Shown here: positions 1 through 11,430 of the stretch, piece after piece
How positions within the stretch are numbered: position 1 is the stretch's first letter
Layout: each line of letters starts with the position of its first letter
Origin: Planctomycetota bacterium
Lineage (GTDB): Bacteria > Planctomycetota > UBA8742 > UBA2392
Assembly: GCA_003576915.1 (NCBI GenBank)
Contig: QEVF01000019.1
Coordinates: 71,153-135,152 of the forward strand
Direction of reading: 5' to 3'
DNA length: 64,000 bases
Notes under the pieces: generated by a model
The model's database searches: none
The model's input: the letters and a program-made list of their open reading frames with translations, nothing else
Told to the model about the DNA's origin: nothing
Translations under genes and position numbers: made by a program

Positions 1-582
1 CACGCGGTCCACCACGGTGCGCGCGGAAAAACTCATCCATACGGCAAGGCACACCAGTGAGTTGCCCAGAATGCCCAGGGCCAGGGCCTGCATGAACCCC
101 AGCTCGCACTTGGACGCCGCAATGGACAGGGCCACGGCACCCACGGCGCCCTTGCCATACAGGAATTGCGCAGCCATGAAATTCAGCGCCGCGGTGCCCA
201 GGGCGCCCACGAAGTTTCCGGCGTAAACCACGGCCCAGTTTCGCAGCAACAGGGGCGTGGAGACCTTGCGCCCGGCCCAGGCCATGACGATGAGCGTGTT
301 GCCGGTAAACAGTTCGGCCCCGCCGACGATGACCAGAATCAGGCCGATGGAAAACACCGTGCCCGCAAGCAGCCGCGCCACACCAAAGGGCAGGGCGGAG
401 CTTCCGGCCGAGACGGTGGTGGCGAAAATGGCGCCCATGGAAATGAAGGCCCCGGCCAGCACCGCGAGCACGAATGTGCTCCAGAAGTCGAGCCTGGCCT
501 TCCGCATGCCGATGATCTCGGCCTTGGCGGCCATGTCCGGAGGCAGCAGGGCATCCAGGGATGGGCTGGAGTTCTCGGGCAT
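1..582 (-). CDS. Formate/nitrite transporter family (FocA/NirC-like) membrane protein, C-terminus cut by the window edge
   Basis: This reverse-strand ORF runs off the left edge, so it is absent from the ORF track. The ATG is at 582-580. The translation reads MPENSSPSLDALLPPDMAAKAEIIGMRKARLDFWSTFVLAVLAGAFISMGAIFATTV...LLAGTVFSIGLILVIVGGAELFTGNTLIVMAW...LRNWAVVYAGNFVGALG. This is the FNT-family pattern (GAELFTGN and NW..VY.GN). Confidence 0.75.
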   Translation of the reverse strand, partial: MPENSSPSLDALLPPDMAAKAEIIGMRKARLDFWSTFVLAVLAGAFISMGAIFATTVSAGSSALPFGVARLLAGTVFSIGLILVIVGGAELFTGNTLIVMAWAGRKVSTPLLLRNWAVVYAGNFVGALGTAALNFMAAQFLYGKGAVGAVALSIAASKCELGFMQALALGILGNSLVCLAVWMSFSARTVVDRV

Positions 583-586
583 GGGG

Positions 587-1105
587 TCAGCGCGTCCGTA
601 TTGCCCGATACCAGATCACCAGGTCCGTCTCCGGCGGCTGCTTGCCCAGGGCGCGCAGGCAACTGGCCATTTGCCCGCGGTGATACTGCCCGTGAGTGAT
701 CAGGTGCAGCAGCAGCTCGGCCAGGGGCTGTGAGAACTCCTTGCCCGCCACGTTGCGGTAGGTCACCACGCGCTCGAGGTCGGCCTCCTTGAGGGAGGCG
801 ACGAATGCCGCCTTGCGATGACCCACCTGCAGCAGATGCTGGCTGAACTCAGCCACCGTTTGGAACCGGCCGTTATCGGGCATGGCCGCGGGGCTCTGAC
901 CATCCACGATGCGGGTCAGCCACACGGCGTCGGCGTCCGTCACGTGCGTCCATTTGCGCGCCAGGGAATCCAGGCCCGGGCCGAGGTGGCGCGTGAACTC
1001 CTCGTCGCTCAACTCGCGCAGCCGCGCCACAAACTGGCCGCGGGCCCAGGCGTCATAGGCGAACAGGTCTTTGAGGGTGTCGAGCAATGGGCGATGCATG
1101 GTCAC
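587..1105 (-). CDS. DinB-family (DinB/YfiT-like metal-dependent) protein
   Basis: 172-aa ORF with a helical-bundle DinB-like pattern: DAWARGQF near the N-terminus and LLLHLITHGQYHRGQ near the C-terminus. It lies 5 nt upstream of the FNT gene on the same strand. Confidence 0.75.
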   Translation of the reverse strand: MTMHRPLLDTLKDLFAYDAWARGQFVARLRELSDEEFTRHLGPGLDSLARKWTHVTDADAVWLTRIVDGQSPAAMPDNGRFQTVAEFSQHLLQVGHRKAAFVASLKEADLERVVTYRNVAGKEFSQPLAELLLHLITHGQYHRGQMASCLRALGKQPPETDLVIWYRAIRTR

Positions 1106-1189
1106 ACCAGGGCAGGCTTGAGAGCCCGGATTCTGTTTCCGAAGTCGCCGCGGCGCGAGACCAATCCGCCGAAGATTCTCCGCAATCCG

Positions 1190-1438
1190 TCAGCCTCCGC
1201 TGACCGGCGGTATCAGGGCCACGACGTCGCCATCCTTCAGTTCCTGGTCATCAGCCGCGAACTCTTCATTGATTGCGACGCGGCAGTGCATGAACATCTC
1301 TCCCACTTGCCGGTAGTCGTGCATGAGGGTGCCGCGCAGGCATTGGGGTGTGCAGCCCTGGGGCACGTCGCGCGACTCCTCGCGCTTGCCGAGTTTCTCG
1401 GCCACGTTGGCGAAATAGAGCAGGGTGACGGTGGGCAT
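1190..1438 (-). CDS. moaD: MoaD/ThiS-family sulfur-carrier protein (molybdopterin synthase small subunit-like)
   Basis: I used the internal ATG at 1438 of ORF 1190..1702. The 82-aa product is MPTVTLLYFANVAEKLGKREE...VAINEEFAADDQELKDGDVVALIPPVSGG. It has the MoaD pattern and the diagnostic C-terminal GG. Confidence 0.7.
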   Translation of the reverse strand: MPTVTLLYFANVAEKLGKREESRDVPQGCTPQCLRGTLMHDYRQVGEMFMHCRVAINEEFAADDQELKDGDVVALIPPVSGG

Positions 1439-1516
1439 GGGGGCAGTGTAGCGCGCAGGAGCGACTTCAGGAATCCTGGACTGTTGCGGTCCCAAATCGC
1501 CGCTAAGATCGCCTCC

Positions 1517-3619
1517 ATGGCCAATATCCTGACACAGGTCGAGCGGCATCTGCTGAGAGTGAAGACACCCGCCCAGTATATGGGGGGCGAGGTGAATGCC
1601 GTGTGCCGCGAGTGGAAGGCCGCCAGCGTGCGCTTTGCGCTTTGCTTTCCCGATACCTATGCCATCGGCATGAGCAATCAGGGCTTTCGCATCCTGTATC
1701 ACCTGCTCAACGAGCGCTACGAAGACCTGATCTGCGAGCGGGCCTTTGCGCCGTGGCCGGACATGGAGACCGTGCTGCGCGAGCAGGATATCCCGCTCTA
1801 TTCGCTTGAGAACTATCGCGGGCTGGGCGAGTTCGACAGCCTGGGTTTCTCGCTCCAGAATGAAACAAGCTATACGAATCTGCTGAACATGCTCGATCTC
1901 TCGCGCATCACGCTGCGCTCAGCCGAGAGACTCCATGGCGAGCCGGTGATTATCGCGGGCGGGACCGGAGCCGTCACACCCGAGCCGCTGGCCGAGTTCG
2001 TGGACTGCTTTCTTCTGGGCGAGGGGGAGGAAGCCCTGCCCGCGTTTCTGCACCTGCTGGGTGTGTGGCGCGGCCGGCTCGACGCCTGCGTGCTCGAGCG
2101 CTACCGCCCCGAAGGCGCGCCTTCACGCAACGATGTCTACGCCGGCGAGCGCTTCACGCTTGATTTCAGGTGGGTGGACGCCTGGCTGAAGTCCGGGCGC
2201 GCACAGGCATTGACGCGTCAAGAATTTCTGCTGCTTTGCGCGCGGGCCATGCCGGGGTGTTACGTGCCTTCGATGTACGACGTGCGCTACCGGCCTGACG
2301 GTGTCATTGAGGCCATCACGCCGCGCTTTGAGGGCGTGCCCGTGCGCGTGAAGAAGAACGCGCTGGCCAATCTGAACACGGCGTTTTACCCCACGCGCCA
2401 GATACTGCCCTACTGCGAGGTTGTTCAGGACCGCGTCACCATCGAGGTCATGCGCGGCTGCACCGAAGGCTGCCGCTACTGCCAGGCCGGCATGATTGAC
2501 CGTCCCCAGCGCTATCGTACGCCCCAGACCGTGCTGAAACTGGCCCGCGAACTTGTCGCCAACACCGGCTACGACGAGATTTCGCTGCTGTCGCTTTCCA
2601 GCAGCGACCACCCCCAGCTCATCGAGATGATGAAGCTGCTGCAGCGCGAGTTTGAGGGCCGCCACGTGAGCGTGGCCCTGCCCTCGCTTCGCATCAATGA
2701 CCAGTTGCAGCACCTGCCCTCGATCACCAAGAATGTGCGCAAGGGCGGCCTGACCATGGCGCCCGAGACAGGCAGCGAACGCCTGCGCCGTGTCATCAAC
2801 AAGTGGATCTCGCAGGAGGATCTCATCAACGGGGCCAGGGCCGCCATGGAAAACGGCTACACCACGATCAAGTTCTACACGATGATCGGCCTGCCCACCG
2901 AGAACGAGGACGACATCCGCGAGACGGCGCGCCTGCTCAACGGCATCGCCCAGATGGCGCGCGACATGGGACGCAAGAACCTCGACATCAACGTCACCGT
3001 CAGCCTGTTCGTGCCCAAGAGTTTCACGCCCTTCCAGTGGGAGCCCATGATGCCGCGCCCGCAGTTGGAGCGGCACGCGGCGCTGCTGCGCTCCCTGATC
3101 ACGCAGCGTTCGATCCGTCTGCGCATCAGCGAATACCCCACGAGCTGGCTGGAGGGCATTTTCTCGCGCGGCGACCGGCGCCTGTCCCGGGCCGTGGAAG
3201 CAGCTTGGCGTCTGGGTTGCCGCTTTGACGCCTGGGAAGACCAGTGCCGACTTGACCTCTGGGAGCAGGCCATGGCCGAGGCCGGCCTGAGTGCCGACTT
3301 CTACATTCACCGCGAACGCGGGCACGACGAAGTGCTGCCCTGGGACATGATCGCAGTGGGGGTCAACAAGCGCACGCTCTGGGATGAGCGGGTGCGGTCG
3401 CGTCTTGAAGAATACACCCGTGACTGCAGCGGCCACACGCCGGGCTGCATTGCCTGTGGCGTCGATCCGCTCTCCTGCCGCACCGGCATCGATCAGCCTG
3501 AAGATGAAATGGATTCCGCCATGGAGCGTCGCAAGTCCGTACGCTATGCGCCGGAGTTCAAGCAGCGCCTGGCCCAGCGCCGACAACTGGACGAAACGGC
3601 CCGGCGCGTGTTTGGCTGA
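1517..3619 (+). CDS. B12-binding-domain radical SAM protein (TIGR03960-like family)
   Basis: I used the ATG at 1517, in frame within ORF 818..3619. The part upstream of 1517 is antisense to dinB and moaD. The N-terminus is MANILTQVERHLLRVKTPAQYMGGEVNAV...ALCFPDTYAIGMSNQGFRILYHLLN. The radical SAM cluster motif is RGCTEGCRYCQAG. Confidence 0.8.
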   Translation: MANILTQVERHLLRVKTPAQYMGGEVNAVCREWKAASVRFALCFPDTYAIGMSNQGFRILYHLLNERYEDLICERAFAPWPDMETVLREQDIPLYSLENYRGLGEFDSLGFSLQNETSYTNLLNMLDLSRITLRSAERLHGEPVIIAGGTGAVTPEPLAEFVDCFLLGEGEEALPAFLHLLGVWRGRLDACVLERYRPEGAPSRNDVYAGERFTLDFRWVDAWLKSGRAQALTRQEFLLLCARAMPGCYVPSMYDVRYRPDGVIEAITPRFEGVPVRVKKNALANLNTAFYPTRQILPYCEVVQDRVTIEVMRGCTEGCRYCQAGMIDRPQRYRTPQTVLKLARELVANTGYDEISLLSLSSSDHPQLIEMMKLLQREFEGRHVSVALPSLRINDQLQHLPSITKNVRKGGLTMAPETGSERLRRVINKWISQEDLINGARAAMENGYTTIKFYTMIGLPTENEDDIRETARLLNGIAQMARDMGRKNLDINVTVSLFVPKSFTPFQWEPMMPRPQLERHAALLRSLITQRSIRLRISEYPTSWLEGIFSRGDRRLSRAVEAAWRLGCRFDAWEDQCRLDLWEQAMAEAGLSADFYIHRERGHDEVLPWDMIAVGVNKRTLWDERVRSRLEEYTRDCSGHTPGCIACGVDPLSCRTGIDQPEDEMDSAMERRKSVRYAPEFKQRLAQRRQLDETARRVFG

Positions 3620-3726
3620 GCCGGGCGCGGACCGGCCCCCTGCAATCGCGGCGGGCTGTCACGGAATAACCGGTGGTTGCGTCCTGTTTATGAATGCAGG
3701 AACAGCGGCATACACCGGGAGACACC

Positions 3727-3864
3727 ATGGAATCCATCGCCACCATCACCCTCGGAGCCTTCGCCCTGGCCGCGCTCGCTGCGGTTTACATGTTTGTGGA
3801 ATCGGCCCTGGTGGTGAAGTCCCGCTGCCGCGAACGCAGCGCTGACAGCGGCGCTTGGATGTGA
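3727..3864 (+). CDS. Hypothetical 45-aa single-pass membrane peptide
   Basis: ATG at 3727 is preceded by GGGAGA 4 nt upstream. The product is MESIATITLGAFALAALAAVYMFVESALVVKSRCRERSADSGAWM. Third-position GC is high. It is too short for the ORF track and I recognise no homology. Confidence 0.35.
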   Translation: MESIATITLGAFALAALAAVYMFVESALVVKSRCRERSADSGAWM

Positions 3865-3958
3865 CCGCGCCGATTCCCTTCGCGGGCAAAAATCACAATT
3901 ATTCAAACTCTCTTGAGCCCCTTGCCGATGCAGGACAGTGGCCCAGCCGGAGTACGCC

Positions 3959-4189
3959 ATGAACATCCTCCAGATCGCATCCCTCCTCTTCATCGCGACA
4001 GGTTTGGCGCTCATGGCCTACGCCGTGGGTTGGCTCATCCTCCAGATTGTGTCAGGGCGCGGCAGCGACTTCGGAGCGGAGGCTGTTCCCGTTTCGGCTT
4101 CCCAAGAGCCAAGGCCGGTTTTCCGTCTGCTGGTGGGCAGCGGCCGGCAAGTGTTTGCCCTGCTCTCGGGTCGTCGCCGGGCGGCCTGA
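3959..4189 (+). CDS. Hypothetical small membrane protein (76 aa)
   Basis: ATG at 3959 is preceded by GGAG 6 nt upstream. The product starts MNILQIASLLFIATGLALMAYAVGWLILQIV. The codon pattern degrades in the 3' half, which overlaps the convergent ORF 4035..4829. Confidence 0.35.
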   Translation: MNILQIASLLFIATGLALMAYAVGWLILQIVSGRGSDFGAEAVPVSASQEPRPVFRLLVGSGRQVFALLSGRRRAA

Positions 4190-4829
4190 GGTTGTCCTGA
4201 ACCCGGCGCAACGCCTCGGCAGACAGTTTGCGTCGCAGCATCAGCACGCGAGTGCATGTCAGGGCTGTCGTGACTGTGAGGCCGACGTAACTTCCAAGGT
4301 GAACTTTGAAGGCCAGGGCAGCCTCGCCGGCCTGTGGTTCTGGCAGGCGATTCATGCCCTGTGAGAGCCCATGGGCGACCCAATCCGGTAGCAGTGCGGA
4401 CAGGACTCCTGCTGCCAGCGAGCCCGTTGCTGCCGTTGCGATGCTGCGCCACAGCCGGCCTATAGGCATGCGCGGCCAGCGCGTCAGCGACGAACTGGCG
4501 ATAAGCAGGCATCCCGCCGCCACGGCCCCCGCCGTGAACCCCGCTTCCAGGGCCCCGGCCAAGGCGAAAGCCGCCAGGCCCTCCCCCTCTGGCGCGCCCT
4601 TGCCATAGACGAAGTAGGCCGGCGCCAGGTGCGCCGTCACCAGGCTGACGCCGGCGGCAGCGCCCGCGCCAAGGGTCCCGCAAAGGCACAGAAACCCGTA
4701 CTCGCGCCATCGTTGCGCCTGATGCCGTTTTGCCCACCAATCTGCAAAGGCCAAGGGCATGAACACCGCAACCAGCAGGGCCAGTTTGAACACAAACGGC
4801 TCGAGGAGATGTGTGGAGGCGCTGGGCAC
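4035..4829 (-). CDS. Hypothetical multi-pass membrane protein
   Basis: 264-aa ORF with a GTG start. It has several hydrophobic segments (FKLALLVAVFMPLAF, GFLCLCGTLGAGAAAGVSLV, AAFALAGALEAGFTAGAVAAGCLLIA, ATGSLAAGVLSALL) and coding-like GC3 over most of its length. The Pro/Arg-rich tail is uncertain. Confidence 0.5.
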   Translation of the reverse strand: MPSASTHLLEPFVFKLALLVAVFMPLAFADWWAKRHQAQRWREYGFLCLCGTLGAGAAAGVSLVTAHLAPAYFVYGKGAPEGEGLAAFALAGALEAGFTAGAVAAGCLLIASSSLTRWPRMPIGRLWRSIATAATGSLAAGVLSALLPDWVAHGLSQGMNRLPEPQAGEAALAFKVHLGSYVGLTVTTALTCTRVLMLRRKLSAEALRRVQDNLRPPGDDPRAGQTLAGRCPPADGKPALALGKPKREQPPLRSRCRALTQSGG

Positions 4830-4923
4830 CTGTTTGTAACGCGCAAGGGTCGGGTTGCGGCAAAGTTCTCCGCCCGGCAGAGCCCGCTCGCTACAATTCC
4901 GCCTTCACTGGCGGGCTTCTCCT

Positions 4924-5673
4924 TTGGCGCTGATTACCACTGCCGCGCTTTGCCTACGCAAGATCGATTTCTCGGAGTCGAGCCAGATCCTTACGTTGTT
5001 GACGGACAAACTTGGCGTGGTGGGTGCCATCGCCAAGGGGGCCAAGAGGGCGAAGTCGGGTATTGGCGGCCCCCTCGATGTCATGTGTCTGTATGACGTG
5101 GTGATATACGACCGATCGCGGCGCGACGTACTCAGCATTCTGGCCCAGGCCCAGTTGCTCGAGTTCTTTCCCAATGTCCGCAAGAGCTACGCTGGTTTCT
5201 GCGCGGCAGAAGCCCTGCGGGAGTTGCTCTTGAGCATTGAGTGCAACGCGGACGATGGCCAGAGCGTGCTGCTGCTGGCCGTGGCCTGCCTGCGCGAATG
5301 CGGACAGCGAGGTCGCGAGTGGCAGGCCCTGGCGCGGTTTGCTTACCGCCTGCTCCGGATTCTCGGTGTCGAGCCCAGCTTCACGCATTGCGTTGTCACC
5401 GGGCGCGAGCCTTCCGGTCGCGTCGCCGTCAGCTTCAGCCTTGATGCCATGGGGTTGGTCAGCCCGCCCCACGACAGAGGGCGCTCGCGGCAGCTCACGA
5501 TTTCGGCTCGCACGCTCAAAGCCCTTCGCGCGCTGGCGCTGGACGATCCGGGTTCCGGAATTGGCGTTGACGCTTGGCGCGGGGCCTTTACGCTTCTCGC
5601 CTGGCTTGTAGCCCAGCAGGGCGGGCGCAGGCTTTCGGTGGCGCCGGAACTGGACGCCACCAAGGCGGTGTGA
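4924..5673 (+). CDS. recO: DNA repair protein RecO
   Basis: In frame within ORF 4855..5673. A TTG at 4924 gives MALITTAALCLRKIDFSESSQILTLLTDKLGVVGAIAKGAKR..., which matches the RecO N-terminal OB pattern and the usual ~250-aa length. The exact start is uncertain. Confidence 0.8.
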   Translation: MALITTAALCLRKIDFSESSQILTLLTDKLGVVGAIAKGAKRAKSGIGGPLDVMCLYDVVIYDRSRRDVLSILAQAQLLEFFPNVRKSYAGFCAAEALRELLLSIECNADDGQSVLLLAVACLRECGQRGREWQALARFAYRLLRILGVEPSFTHCVVTGREPSGRVAVSFSLDAMGLVSPPHDRGRSRQLTISARTLKALRALALDDPGSGIGVDAWRGAFTLLAWLVAQQGGRRLSVAPELDATKAV

Positions 5674-6887
5674 TGGCGGCATTCGACAACTTTTCCTGGC
5701 AACCCGTGGCACCGCTGCTGGCCGTGGCCGGCGTGGCTGCCTGCCTGTTGGCGCTGGCCGGCTGCAAGTCAGGGCCTGAGCCCGTGTACGAGGGCCCCGG
5801 CGGCACAGGACGCTTCCGCTACGAGCCGGGCGCCGGCATCGTGCGCGAGGGTTCAAAACCCGCCGGCGGTGAGCAGAAGCTCTACGATTTTGCCCAGAAG
5901 GCCTTTGAGCAGCGGCGCTTCAACGAAGCCATCGGCTACTGCGAGCAGCTCACGCTTTCCTTTCCGGATGGTGCGCGGGCCGTTGACGCCATTTTGCTGC
6001 GCATGGCAGCGCGCATCGAGGGATCGCGGGGCGAGGACGACGCCGGCTTGCCCAACTCGGTGGCGCTGGCTGACTGGCTCTTCCTCTACCTGACGCCCAG
6101 CTACGAGCCCCGCTTTCAGGCCTTCATGGAGCGCGGCGGTGAAAATGCCGCCGTGGTCACCCGACTGCGGGCGCGCACCTTCGATGACTTCGTGGGGGTG
6201 CTGGCGCCGGATGCGGACGCCATCACTGACGATGGCCAGCTCCGCCCCCTGGTCCGCGATCTGAAGTTGCTCGTCACCTACTACATCCCGGCCATGGATG
6301 TGAAGGACTTTCGTCTGCGCACCGCCGAGATGGGGCGCAACATCGCATGGATTGCCTATGCCGCGCGGGATTTTGACTACTGCCTCGACGCCGCGGCGGA
6401 ACTCGCCGTGTTGAACCCGCCGCCGGGCATCAAGGCCGACGGGCTGTTTGTCGAGGGCAAGTCGCTGATGCGCAACAGCGCCTACCCGCTTGCGGCCGCC
6501 ACGTTTGAGCGTCTCTTCCGCAGCGGAAACCTGCGCGACACGGACACGCCCTGGCGCCCCTACGCCCTCTATGAGCTCATCGTCTCCACTTCGCGCATGG
6601 CCAAGGGGCCGGAATACGACATCAGCATCTACGAAAAGTGCATCGAGCTGTTCGGAGACTACGAGCTCTATCTGCTGGAGAACCCGAGCGTGCCCAAAGC
6701 GCTTCGCGAGCGTTTCCGCGCCCTGATTGCCGAGATCTACCAGGTGTTCATCGATCGGGACCTTCAGGCAGCCAAGACCTACCGCAAGCTGGGCGAGCGC
6801 ACTTCCGCCGAGTACTACGAAAAGCACGCCCGCGAGTGGCAAAACCAGCTTGATCAGCGCCTGAAAGCCGATGCCGCGCGACCGTAG
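5673..6887 (+). CDS. Lipoprotein with TPR-like helical repeats (possibly BamD/YfiO-like)
   Basis: ATG at 5673 overlaps the recO stop (TGATG). The signal peptide and lipobox are MAAFDNFSWQPVAPLLAVAGVAACLLALAGC. FAQKAFEQRRFNEAIGYCEQLTLSFPDGARAVDA resembles the first BamD TPR. The functional assignment is tentative. Confidence 0.55.
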   Translation: MAAFDNFSWQPVAPLLAVAGVAACLLALAGCKSGPEPVYEGPGGTGRFRYEPGAGIVREGSKPAGGEQKLYDFAQKAFEQRRFNEAIGYCEQLTLSFPDGARAVDAILLRMAARIEGSRGEDDAGLPNSVALADWLFLYLTPSYEPRFQAFMERGGENAAVVTRLRARTFDDFVGVLAPDADAITDDGQLRPLVRDLKLLVTYYIPAMDVKDFRLRTAEMGRNIAWIAYAARDFDYCLDAAAELAVLNPPPGIKADGLFVEGKSLMRNSAYPLAAATFERLFRSGNLRDTDTPWRPYALYELIVSTSRMAKGPEYDISIYEKCIELFGDYELYLLENPSVPKALRERFRALIAEIYQVFIDRDLQAAKTYRKLGERTSAEYYEKHAREWQNQLDQRLKADAARP

Positions 6888-7455
6888 GGGCCCGACCATT
6901 TCTTCTCCGGCATGCCACAACCTCCATCAGATCCTGCGTCGCGGGCCCTGCCTGGCCCTGCTGTGGGTCGCGTGCGCGGCTCTGGGCGGGTGCGGCTACG
7001 TGATGTCTTCGAGCCTGGACGACATGCCCGCGCGCAGCGTCGAGCTCACGACGGTGGAGAATCAGCTCTTCCCGCCGCGACCGGGGCTCGAGTACGACCT
7101 GACCGAGCGTATCAAGGATGAAATCGCCTTGGACCGCCGTTTAAAGCTCGTGTCAGAGGGCGGCGACATAAGGCTCAGGGTTTCACTGGTGCGGTTTGAG
7201 GAGCCGACCATCGTCAAGGACCTCAAGACTGCGGCCCCCAGTGAGATTCTGCTGCGGGCCACGGCCGTGGTGGAAGCGCGTGGCTACAAGGTGCCCGAGG
7301 GCAGCATGCGGAGGCGGGTGACGGCCACAGACGGATATGCGCCGTCTCTGGGAGAATCGAGGGAGGAAGCGCTGGCAAGGTTGTGGCGCGATTTGTCACG
7401 GCAGATTCTGGATGCCGCCACGGACCGTGAATGGGCGGCTTCGGGCGCGAAATGA
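6871..7455 (+). CDS. Lipoprotein, LptE-like (LPS-assembly lipoprotein family, tentative)
   Basis: The lipobox is LGGCGY. SVELTTVENQLFPPRPGLEYDLTERIKDEIALDRRLKLV...IRLRVSLVRFEEPTI... follows the LptE-type alternating pattern. It overlaps the preceding lipoprotein gene by 17 nt. Confidence 0.45.
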   Translation: MPRDRRGPTISSPACHNLHQILRRGPCLALLWVACAALGGCGYVMSSSLDDMPARSVELTTVENQLFPPRPGLEYDLTERIKDEIALDRRLKLVSEGGDIRLRVSLVRFEEPTIVKDLKTAAPSEILLRATAVVEARGYKVPEGSMRRRVTATDGYAPSLGESREEALARLWRDLSRQILDAATDREWAASGAK

Positions 7456-7525
7456 GGCGGCAGGGCTGACAATCTGTTACAGTTCAAGGCTGGGTTTGGG
7501 CAGTGCCAATGTTCAGCGAGGCATC

Positions 7526-9601
<2,076 letters not shown>

Positions 9602-9695
9602 CGTGAGTCGAGTATTGTCGGTACTGATTTGGGGGCGGCCGGCGGGTCGCCCCTGTCCGTATTATCCCTGAAGGTTCGGCAAGCGGGCTTTCGTC

Positions 9696-10538
9696 ATGGC
9701 CTCACCCCTGGATCTGCTGCGCGCTCAGCCGCCCTTTGCCGGCCGCTTGCTGCCGCTGGTGATGGGCATCGTCAATGTCACGCCGGACAGCTTCTCTGAC
9801 GGCGGCAAGCACGCCGGCACGGACGCTGCCGTCGCCCACGGCCTCAAGCTTGTCGCGGACGGCGCGGACATCCTCGATATCGGGGGAGAAAGCACCCGGC
9901 CCGGCGCCTGGCCCGTAACGCCAGAGCAGGAGCAGGCCCGTGTCTTGCCCGTGATTCGCGCCTGGCGGGCCCGGGGAGTCACGGTGCCCGTCAGCATTGA
10001 CACGCGCCATGCCTCCACGGCCCGGTCCGCCCTGGAAGCCGGGGCTGACATCGTCAATGATGTCAGTGCCGCGACGCACGACCCCGACATGCTCAGGCTG
10101 TGCGCCGAACGGCGCTGCGTACTGATCCTCATGCACATGAAGGGCGACCCTTCGACCATGCAGCAGCAGCCGCGCTACGCCGACGTCGTGCGCGAGGTGC
10201 GCGGCTATCTGGCCGGGCGCGTGGAGGCGGCCCTGGCAGCCGGCTGTGCGCGCCATTCTCTCTGGCTCGACCCCGGCTTTGGCTTTGGCAAGCTGCCGGA
10301 GCACAATTTCGCCCTGGTTCGCTGCCTCGGCGAGCTGTGCGACATGGGGCATCCGGTGCTGCTGGGGGTTTCGCGCAAGAGTTCATTGGGTCACCTCACG
10401 GGACGGCCGGTGGAGGATCGTGAGCCGGAGTCGCTGGCGGCGGGCCTGGTCGGGGCGCTCAAGGGAGCCTCGGTGTTGCGTGTGCATGAAGCCGGCTGGA
10501 TGAAGCGCGCCCTGCAGGTGGCCCAGGCCCTGTGGTAG
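9696..10538 (+). CDS. folP: Dihydropteroate synthase
   Basis: Contains VMGIVNVTPDSFSDGG, ADILDIGGESTRPG, SIDT, IVNDVS and GFGFGK, the canonical pterin-binding DHPS motifs. Confidence 0.9.
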   Translation: MASPLDLLRAQPPFAGRLLPLVMGIVNVTPDSFSDGGKHAGTDAAVAHGLKLVADGADILDIGGESTRPGAWPVTPEQEQARVLPVIRAWRARGVTVPVSIDTRHASTARSALEAGADIVNDVSAATHDPDMLRLCAERRCVLILMHMKGDPSTMQQQPRYADVVREVRGYLAGRVEAALAAGCARHSLWLDPGFGFGKLPEHNFALVRCLGELCDMGHPVLLGVSRKSSLGHLTGRPVEDREPESLAAGLVGALKGASVLRVHEAGWMKRALQVAQALW

Positions 10539-10635
10539 GCCCGGGCCGTTTTCCCTGGAAGCGGGAGCAAAGCGAAATCGAAAAACGCCCCCGAATGCGC
10601 TATGGTGGGGCGCAAGCTTCGGGGATTGTGGCGTC

Positions 10636-11430
10636 ATGCAAGAGTACATCATTTACGGCGTCGAGATCCTGCTCATCTATCTCGGCCTGTTCGTCATGTA
10701 CAAGTTTGTGCGCGGCTCAACGGCCGACAGCACGCTGCGCGGCGTGGCCGTTCTGTTTTCCGTGATCCTGATTTCGGTGTATCTGGTGGCGGGCGGCTTT
10801 GGTCTATACCGCATCGAAAAGCTGCTGGAAAAGGTCGTCGATTACTTCTTCATCGCCGTCATTGTGGTGTTCGCCCCCGAGTTGCGCCGCGGCCTGACAC
10901 GCATAGGCCAGAACCCGCTCTTCAACCGGCTCCTGGCCACCAAGGAAAGCGTCATTCCCAAGATCGTGCAGGCCGTGTTCCGGCTCTCCCGCGGCAAGAC
11001 GGGCGCCCTCATCGCCATCGAGCGCGGCGTGGGGCTGCGCAACTATGTGGAGCGCGGCGTGGAGCTTGATGCCAACTTTTCGCCCGAACTGCTCGATACG
11101 ATCTTCTACCCGGGCAGCGCGCTGCACGACGGCGCGGTCATCATGCGCGGATCACGGCTTCTGGCGGCGGGCTGCCTGTTTCCCCTGACCGAGAATCCGG
11201 ACGTCAGCAAGCGTCTGGGCACACGGCATCGCGCGGGCCTGGGCCTGAGCGAAGACACGGACGCGCTGGTCATCGTGGTGAGCGAGGAAACAGGTCAGGT
11301 GTCGGTGGCCCAACGCGGCGAACTGCAGCAGGACCTCTCGCGCGATCAGCTTGAACGCCTGCTGCGCGAAGCGCTGGGCGACCACGGCGCCCAGAGCGGG
11401 CGCGAGAATCTCGCAGTGGGGCAGGCATGA
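10636..11430 (+). CDS. cdaA: Diadenylate cyclase CdaA (DisA_N/DAC domain, three N-terminal TM helices)
   Basis: Contains GALIAIER..., HDGAVIMRG..., GTRHRAGLGLSEDTDALVIVVSEETGQVS. These are the DGA and RHR DAC motifs. Confidence 0.9.
   Translation: MQEYIIYGVEILLIYLGLFVMYKFVRGSTADSTLRGVAVLFSVILISVYLVAGGFGLYRIEKLLEKVVDYFFIAVIVVFAPELRRGLTRIGQNPLFNRLLATKESVIPKIVQAVFRLSRGKTGALIAIERGVGLRNYVERGVELDANFSPELLDTIFYPGSALHDGAVIMRGSRLLAAGCLFPLTENPDVSKRLGTRHRAGLGLSEDTDALVIVVSEETGQVSVAQRGELQQDLSRDQLERLLREALGDHGAQSGRENLAVGQA

Noticed and set aside
818-1516. The N-terminal 233 codons of ORF 818..3619. The same kind of over-extension occurs in ORFs 23335..25149, 43587..45554, 40139..41596, 25385..27130, 7337..9601 and 5574..6887.
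   Set aside because: The extensions run antisense to, or overlap, other well-supported genes. In every case homology begins at an internal start codon, often with a Shine-Dalgarno, a signal peptide or a 4-nt stop/start overlap. I trimmed the starts accordingly.
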